Positions 49,142-59,734 of a DNA stretch of 64,000 nt are shown here, one piece after another (within the stretch, counting starts at the first letter, position 1; every line of letters starts with the position of its first letter). Position numbers and translations under genes: made by a program. The stretch covers positions 1,088,001 through 1,152,000 of the forward strand of contig OY761158.1 in the NCBI GenBank assembly GCA_963664405.1. Direction: 5' to 3'. The notes below the pieces were generated by a model. The model ran no database searches and had not been told where the DNA came from. It saw only the letters and a list, made by a program, of their open reading frames with translations. This DNA comes from Thermoanaerobaculia bacterium (GTDB lineage Bacteria > Acidobacteriota > Thermoanaerobaculia > Multivoradales > Multivoraceae).

Positions 49142-51525
49142 CAAGTCGCAAGCACCACCAGCAGAACAATCAGCAGCAAGAGAAGGAGAACGGCGGCGAA
49201 CCCGACCAGCACCGGCTTCGGTCCCTTCGCACCCGGCGCGCGCAATTCGTCGATCTCCACACCGAGCTGGCGCAGACGCGCCTGGTCGCCGTATCTCGAA
49301 AGCGCTAGCGACAGCTTCTTCTCCGCCCACCACAGCCACAATCCGCCGCGCTGGGCCAGGCCCTCGATGGTGACAGAAACCGCTTCCACCGCTTTGGCCT
49401 CTTTCTCTCGAAGTCGCCTTTGCTCGAGCTCGGTGGCCAACGCTGCGACCCTGTCGGCCAGTTCGGTGATCTCTGGGAAATCACCGAAATCTCCTCTCAG
49501 AACGGCAACGAGCTCTGAGGCACCCTCGACATCTTCCTCGAGCAGGCGATCCTCGAGCCGCGGCCGAACCTCTTCCACAGCTTTCTGCCGCTTCCTCGAA
49601 TCGAGCTCGGCTTGAAGCTCGCCGAGCAGGGCCCGAAGATGGCGGTCTTCCGGATCCAGCTCTACCGCCTCCTCGAGGCGGGCGACGGAGGCTTCGAGAT
49701 TCGAGGGATCGGGAAGCGCTTGGATGTTCGACACCGTGTTCCTACCACCCTTGAGCGCCAGATGTTGTGCATCCGTCACCATATGGACGATCCGCTTCCG
49801 CCTTAGTTCCTCCTCGAGAAGACGCTGCAGTTCCTCGATTCTTGACTCGAGATCCTCGAAGGCGGCGGCAGTGCCCAGCTCGTCGCGAGCGGCTCCAAGG
49901 GCTACTCGCGCATCGTCGGGCCGTCTCTCCGCGATCAGGGCGTCGACCTCTACCGCCGCGGCTTCGATCGCGCGCTCCCGCTCCAACTCCTCTCTCAGGG
50001 CGCGCTCTGCCAACAATTCTCTCAGGCTGGCGATCTCGGCGTCGAGGGCGTCGAATCTGGCATCGTCTCCGAGCATCTCCCTGGCGGCGAGCAAGCTCGG
50101 TTCTGCTTCGTCGAGCCGCTCTAGCTGGACCGCCTGTCGTACCTCTGTGAGGGCTTCGGCGATTGCTACCTCGCGTCTTTCGACCTCGATCTCTCTCCTC
50201 AGGTCGAGGAGCTTGGCCTCGAGCTCGACGAACCGGGCAGCATCTCCCAGATCGACTCGCGCTCCGTCGAGTCTGGCTGAAGCCTCCTCGAGATTTCCGC
50301 GGCTGAGATCCTCCTCAACCGATATCGCCCGTTGGGCAATCTCTTCCTCGCGCTGCTTCTCCTTCTCGTCTTCTTCGCTCGGCATCGCCGCCACGCTGTC
50401 ACCGATGTCTCCAGAGGCCGGCTCTCCATTGATCGCTTCGGACCCCGGCACCGATAAGCCTGGGGCGGATCTCCTGCCGGCCGGGAAAACTTCCCCAAGG
50501 GCAGCGCCGGCCGTAGAGCCCCTGCCTGAGCTGATGTCGTCCAGTCGAACCCCGGTGAGCGTCTGGCCCATAGTCTGTTCAAGGGCTGGGGCGAGCGTCT
50601 GACTACGGGGCTCCGGTAGCAGACTCAGAAACTCCTCTGCCGAGCTCATTCGATCCTCAGCGTTCTTCTCGAGGGCGCGCATCACACAGGCGCGAACATC
50701 GTCAGGAACCCGATGGTCGGGATCGGATGTGTCAAAAGGGATCGGTGGCTGGTTGATATGCGCTTTGGCGATCGCGACGAAAGTGTTGCCCGTCAGCGGG
50801 AACTGGCCAGTCAGCAGCTCGTAAAGCAGCACTCCGAAAGAATAGAGGTCGCTGCGTCGATCTATCCCATGAGGGTTCTGGAACATCTCAGGCGACGCGT
50901 AGCGCACTTTGCCGATGAAGTCGTTGCCAATGGCGAAGGTCTCGCCCCCCAGTTCCTTGACGATCCCCAGGTCGATCAGCTTTACCAGGGGCTCCTTCGT
51001 GTGATCCTGGGTGAGCATCAAGTTGTCCGCCGAGATGTCTCGATGCACGTACTGGTGCTCATGCAGATACTGAGCGGCGCGTAGACCCTGACGGGCGATC
51101 TCCAACACCAGGTCGACGCTGGGCACACCTTCGGCTTCGAGCATTTGCCGCAGGTTGAGGCCGTCGATGAACTCCTGGATGATAAAGCTGTTGCCGGTGC
51201 TTTCGTCGACCTCGAAGTCGTAGAGCTGGGCGATGTTCGGGTGGCGAAGGCGGACCGCTGCCCTGGCTTCGCGCCGAAACCTGCGCTGGAGAGTGCTCTT
51301 ATCTTCGAATTTCGGGAGGATGACCTTGACCACGCGAAGCTCGTCGAGGAAGCGATGGCGGACCTTGTAGATGGCCCCCATTCCGCCCTCGTGAATCTTC
51401 GCGAGGACTTCGTATTTTCCCTCGATTACGGAGAGAGGAAGAGCCACATTTCCTCCCCGAGAAGAGAGCGAACGCACAACATCTTCAGCACGAGAATGTC
51501 GCCTCGAGATCTTCGGAAAGTTCAA
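49141..51525 (-). CDS. Ser/Thr kinase with helical/coiled-coil region and C-terminal membrane anchor
   Basis: EGGMG, VVKV, HRDISADN, DLG and YASPE; hydrophobic C-terminus. True start may be GTG near 51447. Confidence 0.88.
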   Translation of the reverse strand: MNFPKISRRHSRAEDVVRSLSSRGGNVALPLSVIEGKYEVLAKIHEGGMGAIYKVRHRFLDELRVVKVILPKFEDKSTLQRRFRREARAAVRLRHPNIAQLYDFEVDESTGNSFIIQEFIDGLNLRQMLEAEGVPSVDLVLEIARQGLRAAQYLHEHQYVHRDISADNLMLTQDHTKEPLVKLIDLGIVKELGGETFAIGNDFIGKVRYASPEMFQNPHGIDRRSDLYSFGVLLYELLTGQFPLTGNTFVAIAKAHINQPPIPFDTSDPDHRVPDDVRACVMRALEKNAEDRMSSAEEFLSLLPEPRSQTLAPALEQTMGQTLTGVRLDDISSGRGSTAGAALGEVFPAGRRSAPGLSVPGSEAINGEPASGDIGDSVAAMPSEEDEKEKQREEEIAQRAISVEEDLSRGNLEEASARLDGARVDLGDAARFVELEAKLLDLRREIEVERREVAIAEALTEVRQAVQLERLDEAEPSLLAAREMLGDDARFDALDAEIASLRELLAERALREELERERAIEAAAVEVDALIAERRPDDARVALGAARDELGTAAAFEDLESRIEELQRLLEEELRRKRIVHMVTDAQHLALKGGRNTVSNIQALPDPSNLEASVARLEEAVELDPEDRHLRALLGELQAELDSRKRQKAVEEVRPRLEDRLLEEDVEGASELVAVLRGDFGDFPEITELADRVAALATELEQRRLREKEAKAVEAVSVTIEGLAQRGGLWLWWAEKKLSLALSRYGDQARLRQLGVEIDELRAPGAKGPKPVLVGFAAVLLLLLLIVLLVVLAT

Positions 51526-51576
51526 GCGGCGAGCCTCTGAACATAGCGCACCCTAGCACCCCTACCAGCCGAGGTC

Positions 51577-53058
51577 TCACCGCCACCACCCCGCATCCTT
51601 GAAGTAATCGAGCGCTCTCGGTTCGGAAAAACGAGTCTGACAACTCCCGATGCCACCCGCGGCAACCTCCGCCCGGCACTGCTGCGGCTCGTCGAATCTC
51701 GGGTTGACCACCTCGACCAAGTAAACCCCGGCGAGCACCGTCGCGGTGTAAGGCGTAGTCGCCGGAGAGTCCAGGTCCACTTCCGTTCCGCTGGCACTGG
51801 TGATACGAGTCACCTCACCCCAAGGCAAGGAATCGATCAGGATCGTTCCGGGGATCGCTGCCACCGCGGCAGCCGCCTCCACCTTCGGCTCCACTTCGGC
51901 GGTCACCACCTCGACCTCCGAAGCGCCTTGGTCCCGCGCCAGCCACCATGCCGTCACCATCACAATGGCGAGCCCAAGGCCTCCGATCACAGCCCACCTC
52001 AGGCCGGCGAAGCCCGGCCGTTTCGCAACCGCCTCGACAGGCTTCGGCTCCTCGATTGCCGGCGGCTCTTCGACCGCCACCGGCTCTGGACTGTTCACCT
52101 CGCCGGCCGCAGAGGCCGCCGCCGCTAGCTTAAAATCTCTCAGAATCTCGGAAGACGCCATCACCAAGGTGTCGTCGGGATCCTTCTCTTCCTCAGCCTT
52201 CTGCGGATCGTCGCCGCTGGCTGTGCCCTGAGACACCCTCGACGACTCCCCCTCTACCACCAGGCTAAGCCGGTCGACGATATCCGCCACGGTCTGGCAG
52301 CGAGCTTCGCGATCCTTTTCCAGACATTCGACGACCAGCTCTTCGATCTGTTGCGGGCAGTCACTCCAAGAATCCGAGATCGGTGGCGGCGTCATCGTGA
52401 GGAGGTTGTGGAGATACTCGGCGAGGTTCCCGCCGGGAAAAGGACGTTTACCGGTCAGCACCTCGTAGGCCAAGGCCCCGAAAGCGAAGACATCGGCTCG
52501 AGGGTCCGCCCCGCGAGCCAGTATCTGCTCCGGAGCGAAGGCATCGGCCGTTTCGAGAGTCCGCCCGGTCTCGGCCAGGGGTGTCGTTTCCCGCGCCAGT
52601 TTCGCGATTCCGAAGTTGAGCACCTTGACCTGACCGTCAGCCAGAACACTGACGTTGCCGAACTTGATGTCGAGGTGGAGGACTCCCCTGGAATGAGCGT
52701 AGGCCAAGGCCGCTGCAACGCGGAGCAGGCAACGTAGTCGCTCCTCATGGGGCATCGGCGGCTGCGCTGTGATCTTCCGCTGCAGATCCTCTCCATCCAG
52801 AAGCTCCTCTACGAGGTAGGCCCCTCCCTCGCAACGGCCGAAGTCGGTGACTCGTGCGATGTTCGGATGGTCCAGCTCGCCCACGATCTCGGCTTCCTGC
52901 AGAAAACGGCGCAGGATGTCGTCGTCGTCGTTACGACAGAGCCTTATAGCGACATTGCCCCTTGTCAGCGGATCGGCCGCCAGCAAGAGGCTGGTAAAGC
53001 CGTCGTAGCCCACCTGCCGCAGGACTTCGTACTTCCCGATCTGCTTGGGGACAGGCAC
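51577..53058 (-). CDS. Ser/Thr pseudokinase with TM helix and PEGA-like C-terminus
   Basis: Kinase fold, but with GYDGFT, VAIR, HLDIKFGN and NFG in place of GxGxxG, VAIK, HRDLKPxN and DFG. Confidence 0.8.
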   Translation of the reverse strand: MPVPKQIGKYEVLRQVGYDGFTSLLLAADPLTRGNVAIRLCRNDDDDILRRFLQEAEIVGELDHPNIARVTDFGRCEGGAYLVEELLDGEDLQRKITAQPPMPHEERLRCLLRVAAALAYAHSRGVLHLDIKFGNVSVLADGQVKVLNFGIAKLARETTPLAETGRTLETADAFAPEQILARGADPRADVFAFGALAYEVLTGKRPFPGGNLAEYLHNLLTMTPPPISDSWSDCPQQIEELVVECLEKDREARCQTVADIVDRLSLVVEGESSRVSQGTASGDDPQKAEEEKDPDDTLVMASSEILRDFKLAAAASAAGEVNSPEPVAVEEPPAIEEPKPVEAVAKRPGFAGLRWAVIGGLGLAIVMVTAWWLARDQGASEVEVVTAEVEPKVEAAAAVAAIPGTILIDSLPWGEVTRITSASGTEVDLDSPATTPYTATVLAGVYLVEVVNPRFDEPQQCRAEVAAGGIGSCQTRFSEPRALDYFKDAGWWR

Positions 53059-53189
53059 TCGAGCAAAATGCTATCACTCGAGATTCTCACCAGCGGCCGC
53101 CCAAAACGCCGTTGAGACGCCGGTTTTTCAGGCTCCGAAGCGCTAGCGATGTTGAGATGACCCCCGCAGCCAACTATCATCGCAACTCG

Positions 53190-54776
53190 ATGACGCGACA
53201 TGAGCTGCTGAGCCTCAGCGGATTGACCTCCATCCGACCTTCCGAGGATGACTGTGAATCCGTCGGCCGATCCCCGAGCTCGGACTTCCCCGTTCTTCAC
53301 GACTCCGTCTCGCGTCACCACGCGGAGATCCGATCGGCCGAGGGCGGAGTTCTGGTGCGCGATCTCGGATCCACCAACGGCACCCTGTTGAACGGCGCCA
53401 AGATCCAGGAGGCCACAGCTACTCCAAGCGACATCGTCTCCTTCGGAGAGGTCCGCTATCGAGTTCGCGAGGTGAAGCCTACGGCAGAAGAGCGAGCCTC
53501 CGCTGACGCAATCGAAGACAACGACATATCGATCGCAGCAGGCACTGTGTGGCGAGAGCTACCCCTCGACATCGGGAAGGGAGACGAAGCCGATACCGCC
53601 ACCTTCGACAGAGAGCGCGCAGAGCGCACGGGGAAGAACCTCGAGCTCTTGCTGCAGATCTCGAAGGAGCTGTCGGGAGAGGGCGGTGTGGATCCGGTGC
53701 TCGAAGGCATCGTCGACATCCTCTCGGAGGTGATGGACGTCCACCGCGTCTCCGTCCTGCTTTTGGATGACGAGTCCAAAGAGCTGGTCCCCAGGGTTTC
53801 GAGCCGTCTCGGGAAGCGCACGAGAAGGCACGACCACGTACCCAAATCGATCCTCGCCAGAGTGGTCGACGATCGGGTCACAATTGTCACCGAGGACGCC
53901 ATGGCCGACGCCCGTTTCGACGGCAAGTCGGTGATGCTGCAACAGGTGTGCGCCGCCATGGCCACGCCATTGGTGTCGAGCAAGGGAGAGGTGCTTGGTG
54001 CGATCTACGCCGACCGCCTGTCAGGGATCGACAACAGTTTCAGCGACGAGGATCTCGACTTCCTGTCCGGTTTCGCCGGCATTGCGGGCGCCGCGATTCA
54101 CAATAGCCGGCTATCCGAGACGCTGCGTAGACAGGCCGTCACGGTTTCGAACTTTCAGCGCTACTTCGCCCCTGAGCTCGCCGCCGAGATCGCCGCCGAA
54201 GAGAGTGTCGTCCAGCTCGGTGGCCTGAAGAAACCACTCTCGGTCCTCTTCACTGACATCCGCGGCTTTACCTCCCTGTCGGAGGGATTGGAGCCGGAAG
54301 AGGTGATTACCCTTCTCAACGATTTCTTTGGTGAGATGGTGGACATCATTTTCGAGTACGGAGGCACTCTCGACAAGTTCATCGGCGACGCCATCATGGC
54401 GAACTGGGGCGCGCCGGTGGCTCGCCCCGACGATGCGGAGCGCGCCCTTGCGGCAGCGATCGATATGCAGAACGAGCTGGTTTCGATGAATCGGCGCAAG
54501 CAGCCTGGAGAGCCGCAGGTCAAGATTGGCATCGGAATCAACTACGGTGAGGCCTTCGTAGGGAACATCGGTAGTCACCGTCGTCTCGAGTACACGGCCA
54601 TCGGCGATACCGTCAACACAGCCTCTCATCTCTGCTCAATGGCCGGTCCGGGAGAGATCCTGGTCAGCGGCGATTTCCTCGCCTGTCTCGGCGACCGGCC
54701 CGAGGTGGACGATCTCGGCCTCGCGAAGCTCAAGACCAGAAGAGAGCCAACCGCCGTCTATCGCATCAGGATGTGA
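53190..54776 (+). CDS. FHA-GAF-class III adenylate/guanylate cyclase
   Basis: VGRS..VSRHHA..STNGT FHA domain, a GAF region, LFTDIRGFT, DKFIGDA and IGDTVNTAS. Start uncertain. Confidence 0.92.
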   Translation: MTRHELLSLSGLTSIRPSEDDCESVGRSPSSDFPVLHDSVSRHHAEIRSAEGGVLVRDLGSTNGTLLNGAKIQEATATPSDIVSFGEVRYRVREVKPTAEERASADAIEDNDISIAAGTVWRELPLDIGKGDEADTATFDRERAERTGKNLELLLQISKELSGEGGVDPVLEGIVDILSEVMDVHRVSVLLLDDESKELVPRVSSRLGKRTRRHDHVPKSILARVVDDRVTIVTEDAMADARFDGKSVMLQQVCAAMATPLVSSKGEVLGAIYADRLSGIDNSFSDEDLDFLSGFAGIAGAAIHNSRLSETLRRQAVTVSNFQRYFAPELAAEIAAEESVVQLGGLKKPLSVLFTDIRGFTSLSEGLEPEEVITLLNDFFGEMVDIIFEYGGTLDKFIGDAIMANWGAPVARPDDAERALAAAIDMQNELVSMNRRKQPGEPQVKIGIGINYGEAFVGNIGSHRRLEYTAIGDTVNTASHLCSMAGPGEILVSGDFLACLGDRPEVDDLGLAKLKTRREPTAVYRIRM

Positions 54777-54816
54777 GCTTTGAAGGGTCTAGCCCTTCTC
54801 CGCCTGCGCGACCTAA

Positions 54817-56821
54817 GGGTCGGCGCGGAAATAAGTTTCCAGTATCTGGGGTGACCATACCACTGCCCCCTTCTTCAGCCACCGCATAATCCTCCGGTAC
54901 GCGCCTTGTTTGCAAGGTTTAGAGCTAGCATAGCCCTGCCCGCATTTGGTATAGTTTTCCCTGTCACCTCTTTTGGAAGGGGAACTATACCAAATGGTAC
55001 GAGCCGAAGATCGTGATGCAACAGTGCGCGAGCTCTTGATGAGCGAACAGATGGCCACCATGGATGAGCTCAAGGACGCCATGGGAACCCGAGCCACCAT
55101 GACGGTCTACCGTTCGCTGTCTCGATTGGGCTATTTGGCCAGCTACTCGGATCGAGGGCGGTTCTATACCTTGAACGAGATTCCCGATTTCGACGATCTG
55201 GGTTTGTGGTCGTGCGGTTCGGCGAGGTTCAGTCGGCATGGCAGCCTCCTCGAAACTGCGGTGGCTGCCGTGGACCGGTCCGCTGCCGGCTATACGGCTT
55301 CTGAACTCGAGCTCCTGCTGCAGGTCGAGGTCAAGCACGCGATGTTGCACCTCGTTCGTCGCAAGAGAATCGTACGATCCAGAGTTGGGAAGAGGTTCGT
55401 ATACTTGTGCTCGGAAACAGGGCGCCGTCGTCAGCAGAAGCTGATGCGCAACGAACGGCAGGCTCTCCAGGATGTAGCTGCCAGCCTCGTTCCAGAAGTG
55501 CTCCCCGAGGAGCTCAGGGCTGCCATCGTTTTATTCTTCAGCCTGCTAGACGAACGCCAGCGGCGGCTCTTCGCTGGCCTGGAAGCGACCAAGCTCGGGC
55601 ATGGCGGCGACCGGAAGATCGCCGATCTTCTGGACCTGGACCCTCATACAGTCGCAAAAGGACGTCGCGAGCTCTTCGGCGGCTCCGTGGAGCGCGGAAG
55701 AGTTCGAAGAGCAGGCGGTGGCAACCAACGAGTGGAAAAAAAACGCCCGAGATAGTCGATGGAATCCATTCCATACTCGAGGCCGATATAGCTGGTGATC
55801 CCATGTCATCAAAAAGATGGACGCACGAGACCGCTGCAAAGGTGGCCCAATGCCTTGCCGAACGCCTTGACATCATCGTATCGGCTACGGTGGTGCGTCG
55901 ATTGCTCGCAGACCTGAACTATTCCCTCAAGAGCAATAGGAAATGTCTGTCTTCGGGGAACTCCCCAGATCGTGATGCACAGTTCAAGGCCATCAAGCGA
56001 CTGCGCGAGGATTTCACAAGCGCTGGCGACCCGATCATCAGCGTCGATACGAAGAAGAAGGAGCTGATCGGTCGGTTCAAGAACCAGGGACAGACATGGT
56101 GCCGCGAGGCCAAGCGGGTCAAGGATCACGACTTCCGGTCCGAAGCTCTCGCCATCGCCTCCCCCTATGGGATCTACGATCTTCAGAGGAACTTCGGCGT
56201 TCTCGTCCTCGGACAGTCGTCGGACACGCCGGAGTTCGCTGTCAACAGCATCGCGACCTGGTGGCTCAAATACGGTCGATCTCACTATCCGGCGTCTCAG
56301 CGTCTCCTCATTCTTGCCGACAGCGGCGCAAGCAACGGCGCACGGCTTCGAGCCTGGAAGAAGTACCTCCAGGAGAAGCTCGTAGACAAGTGCGGCCTCA
56401 TCATCACCGTCGCCCACTATCCAACTGGCACCAGTAAATGGAATCCCATCGAGCACAGGATGTTCAGCGAGATCAGCAAGAACTGGGCCGGAGTTCCTCT
56501 CGAGAGTTTCGAGATCCTCGTCAACCTCGTCCGCAACACGACGACATCCACCGGACTGCGCGTCGAGCCGTGCCGTGATCAACGCCAATACCAGAAAGGA
56601 GTCAGGGTATCGGACAAGGAAATGCTGCAGCTCGCGGTGGCCAGGAGCGACTTCCTAGGAAAGTGGAACTACACCCTCTCGCCGAGACCGCGAACCGAGC
56701 AGGAAGAGCTTGCCCCACAGCCTGGGCTCAGCTCACCACCACCTCCAATGCAGCGACCGCCCTGTGGCGCCTCGGCCTCACACGCTCCGGCGATAATGTG
56801 AAGTTATTTCCGCGCCGACCC
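54817..56821 (+). mobile_element. ISAzo13-family insertion sequence, 2005 bp
   Basis: Perfect 18-bp IRs GGGTCGGCGCGGAAATAA; TAA duplicated at 54814-54816 and 56822-56824. Confidence 0.93.
54994..56801 (+). CDS. ISAzo13 transposase split by a -1 frameshift at an A8 run, with N-terminal extra domain
   Basis: ORF1 ends LDERQRRL..RVRRAGGG..VEKKRPR*; the -1 frame continues GDPMS..ISVDTKKKELIG..TSKWNPIEHRMFS; A8 at 55736-55743. Confidence 0.88.
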
Positions 56822-56935
56822 TAAGCTTGACGCCTTCGGGGGAGGACCACTCAAGAATATTCATCGACATCATCCGGGCGCGCCACCCGCGCGCCATCCC
56901 ATGATGTTTCCGCCGAATAATGCGACACGCCTCAG

Positions 56936-57088
56936 TCAGTCAGTAGGAACCAGGCGCTTCAGCTCTTCGAACCAATGCTCGGCGATACGCAGCACAGATC
57001 TCTGCCCCTGATCGGTCGTCTTGATGAACACGAACCTCTCACCGTCCGGCGAAATGTCGTAGACCCGCCCGAGGCTGCGTCGGTGCTT
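56936..57088 (-). pseudogene. Orphan C-terminal fragment of a kinase/TolB-like beta-propeller protein
   Basis: Startless frame VYDISPDGERFVFIK..HWFEELKRLVPTD*, which I recognise as the typical tail of acidobacterial kinase-PD40 proteins. Confidence 0.65.
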
Positions 57089-57094
57089 AGCGGC

Positions 57095-57655
57095 CTAGCA
57101 GAGGTTACGAGCACCGTCCGGTACGAGGAAGTCGAACACTCCCTCAACCTCTATCGACTCGCCCATCGAGTCGGTCTTGACCTCGAAGCTGCCGCGGAGG
57201 CGCTCACCTGGCTGCGTGCCGAGCTCATCGAACGTCAACGAGCCTTCCGCGCTGGTGCTCATGTGGAACCCCTGTAGCGGTAGCGAGACGTCGGTCGAGT
57301 ATGCCTTTCCCACCTGTTGCGCTGCCTGGACCTCGGCCGTCGTCGTAAGGCTATGAGTCCCTACCGTCGCGTCGAGAGGGAACTGAAAGGCGATCGTGCC
57401 CGTCTTTTCCCCGTTGTCGAGTAGGAAGTAGCCGGGCCCTGAGTCCCCCATGTCGATGCAACGCAGGTCGCCGGGCCCGTCGATTTCGGCCTCGACGCTC
57501 CCCGTGACCTCGAACGTAAACACGTTCTCCTCTTCGGGCTCGGGTTCCAGTGCTGCGGCTTCGGAGACTTCGGAGGGGCCGGCCGCTGAGTCGGCGCCGC
57601 AACCGAGGCCGGGTAAGGTCAATCCCATAATCAAAACAGTGACCGCTAGGCGCAT
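57095..57655 (-). CDS. Hypothetical lipoprotein
   Basis: GAGGAGG RBS, hydrophobic leader with GLGC lipobox. Confidence 0.7.
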   Translation of the reverse strand: MRLAVTVLIMGLTLPGLGCGADSAAGPSEVSEAAALEPEPEEENVFTFEVTGSVEAEIDGPGDLRCIDMGDSGPGYFLLDNGEKTGTIAFQFPLDATVGTHSLTTTAEVQAAQQVGKAYSTDVSLPLQGFHMSTSAEGSLTFDELGTQPGERLRGSFEVKTDSMGESIEVEGVFDFLVPDGARNLC

Positions 57656-57685
57656 AGTCTTCCTCCTCGAATCCGTTGCCCCGGT

Positions 57686-58678
57686 CTAGCCTGACTGCTT
57701 GACGAGCACGACGCGCCGGTTCTTGGCGCGCCCGTCAGGTGTGTCGTTGGTCGCGACGGGGGCCAGGAATCCTACCCCGGCGGCTCTGAGACGACCTGCC
57801 TGAATACCCATGCCCTGAAGCGCAGTCACGACCGCTTCCGCCCGTCTCTGGGACAGATCCATGTTGTGGTCGTAGCCGCCCTGGTTGTCAGTATGGCCGA
57901 CGACCAGCACCCCCAACGAGGCGCGCGATGTCATCAGGGTTTTGATCTCTTCGAGGGTCGTAGCGGAATCGGGCTTGATCTGTGCGCTGTTGGTGTCGAA
58001 GTAGATACCGTAGAGATCTATGTGTCCCGTCGCGTCGATCCCGTCCGCCATCGCCTCGGCGTCCACCGTGACCATCCCCGTGTCCATCGGCTCGGACTCG
58101 ATGATCTCCACGAGACTCATCGGTTTTTTTGAGAAGATGACATCGATCCCGATCATCAGAGAGACGTGTGTAATGCCGTCGGGTGCCGCTCTCCTCATGG
58201 CAAGGTAGCGAAAATCCCTGGCGTTCTGGAAGGTGCCGCTCTTCGAGGTCTTGAAGGCCTTGTCGCCGTGGAAGCGCAGCCACCAGAACAGGCGGCCGCA
58301 TCCCTCGTCCCCGGCGCAGGAAAAGAGCTCCTGGAAGCCGGCATCCTCTAGCGCGCTGCTGTAGTTGCGGAATATCTCGAGGGTCGAACGATCCTGGGGA
58401 CCACGATAGATGATTCGCGTGATCTTTCCTTCCAGCGATTCTTGCTTGCTGGCAACGCGGTTTCCTTCATCATCGCGCACCGCCGGGCCCAGAGGAAGAT
58501 CGAAGTCCGAAAACTCCGAGACCTGGTAACCATCGATCACCGACCCGGCGTAGCGAGAGACCATCGGGTGGTCCGCACTACCGGGAATGTCCGCAGTCTG
58601 CCCGAGTAGGGCTACTGGCATCAGTAGCGCGCCGAACACCAAGCACAACAGGGAATAGAACAGTCTCGAGTTCTTCAT
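57686..58678 (-). CDS. OmpA C-terminal domain protein with DUF4892-like N-terminus
   Basis: DHPMVSRYAGS; GIYFDT, VGHTD, LSQRRA and NRRV. Confidence 0.9.
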   Translation of the reverse strand: MKNSRLFYSLLCLVFGALLMPVALLGQTADIPGSADHPMVSRYAGSVIDGYQVSEFSDFDLPLGPAVRDDEGNRVASKQESLEGKITRIIYRGPQDRSTLEIFRNYSSALEDAGFQELFSCAGDEGCGRLFWWLRFHGDKAFKTSKSGTFQNARDFRYLAMRRAAPDGITHVSLMIGIDVIFSKKPMSLVEIIESEPMDTGMVTVDAEAMADGIDATGHIDLYGIYFDTNSAQIKPDSATTLEEIKTLMTSRASLGVLVVGHTDNQGGYDHNMDLSQRRAEAVVTALQGMGIQAGRLRAAGVGFLAPVATNDTPDGRAKNRRVVLVKQSG

Positions 58679-58779
58679 GTCGTCAGACTAGCAGAGGGGC
58701 GGCCACGAGCCCCACCGACTCACTTTCCGGAACCAGGCCTCGCTTGACCGGCCGGAGTCTAGCGTTAGCGAGGAGGTTT

Positions 58780-59628
58780 TCAGCGGCCCTTGCCGCCCGC
58801 CTCCGGGACAATGTCCTGCCTCTTGTAGCCCGCCGGCGGGCGGAAGTCATCTTCCGAGAAAACGGCCTCACTTGCCTCGAGGAAGCGGGCCGTATGTGCG
58901 ACCTTGCCGCGCTTGAAGGTCTCCGAGACCAGCGGAAACCCGTCGGCGATCGCCATGTCGTTCATCGGTGTCTGGATGATGGAGCCTATGACGTTGCTGA
59001 ATCCGGAGGCCGATGAGAGGGCATCGATCAGTGACGAGATGAAGTCCCTCATGTCATTACTCACTGCGAGGAGGTCTTCTCCTCCGGGCAGATCCTTCCA
59101 GTCGGCGAAGCAGCCCCTCATCCCCGTCTGACCGCCACGCGAGATTTCTTTCCATTCGCAGGAAATCTCGGCCACCGTCTCTGTGCGTCCGAGATCGTTA
59201 ACCTCAGGCTCTCCGCGAGTCTGCGAACCGCCGATCGATCCCAGACGCTGCTTCATCATCTTCTCGACCATTTCCCGTTGGCCCGCGGGAACGTTGGCCA
59301 GTGCCTCTTCCATCTGCTTCATGGCCTCGCTCATCTGGGCAGCGATGCCCTCGATCATCTCCTCGTCGAAGACGAAGTAGTTCTTCTTCTTGTGATCGAC
59401 CACGTACATCTGGTCGGTGTCGCCGTCGAAGATCATGGTCGTCTGTGCCTTCCCCTCTGTCTGGTCCATTCGAAGCTTTAGGCCTTCGATCTTCATCTCG
59501 GAGACATTGTCCGGCGCCTTGGACTTCTTCGATCCCGACGACTGCATCTTGTAAATGAAACCGGCCTGCAACGGCGCGGCGAAACACAGCACACTGACGA
59601 TGCCAGCAAGGACTGCTGCCAGCTTCAT
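58780..59628 (-). CDS. Secreted DUF4412-like protein
   Basis: GGAGGAG RBS, signal peptide, LRMD..MIFD and C-terminal F.PPAGY. Confidence 0.7.
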   Translation of the reverse strand: MKLAAVLAGIVSVLCFAAPLQAGFIYKMQSSGSKKSKAPDNVSEMKIEGLKLRMDQTEGKAQTTMIFDGDTDQMYVVDHKKKNYFVFDEEMIEGIAAQMSEAMKQMEEALANVPAGQREMVEKMMKQRLGSIGGSQTRGEPEVNDLGRTETVAEISCEWKEISRGGQTGMRGCFADWKDLPGGEDLLAVSNDMRDFISSLIDALSSASGFSNVIGSIIQTPMNDMAIADGFPLVSETFKRGKVAHTARFLEASEAVFSEDDFRPPAGYKRQDIVPEAGGKGR

Positions 59629-59704
59629 AGCCACTCCTCCCTCAGGTTGATAGGTGTGCGAGTGTACCTCCCGTGTTGTCGGCTGACAAGAAACGCGGCA
59701 TCTA

Positions 59705-59734
59705 GGTAGTGGCTCCTCAAACTGAGCCACTACC
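59705..59734. repeat. 30-bp hairpin insertion within the mini-element left IR
   Basis: GGTAGTGGCTC-8 nt-GAGCCACTACC flanked by GGCATCTA and GGCATCTC. Confidence 0.85.
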
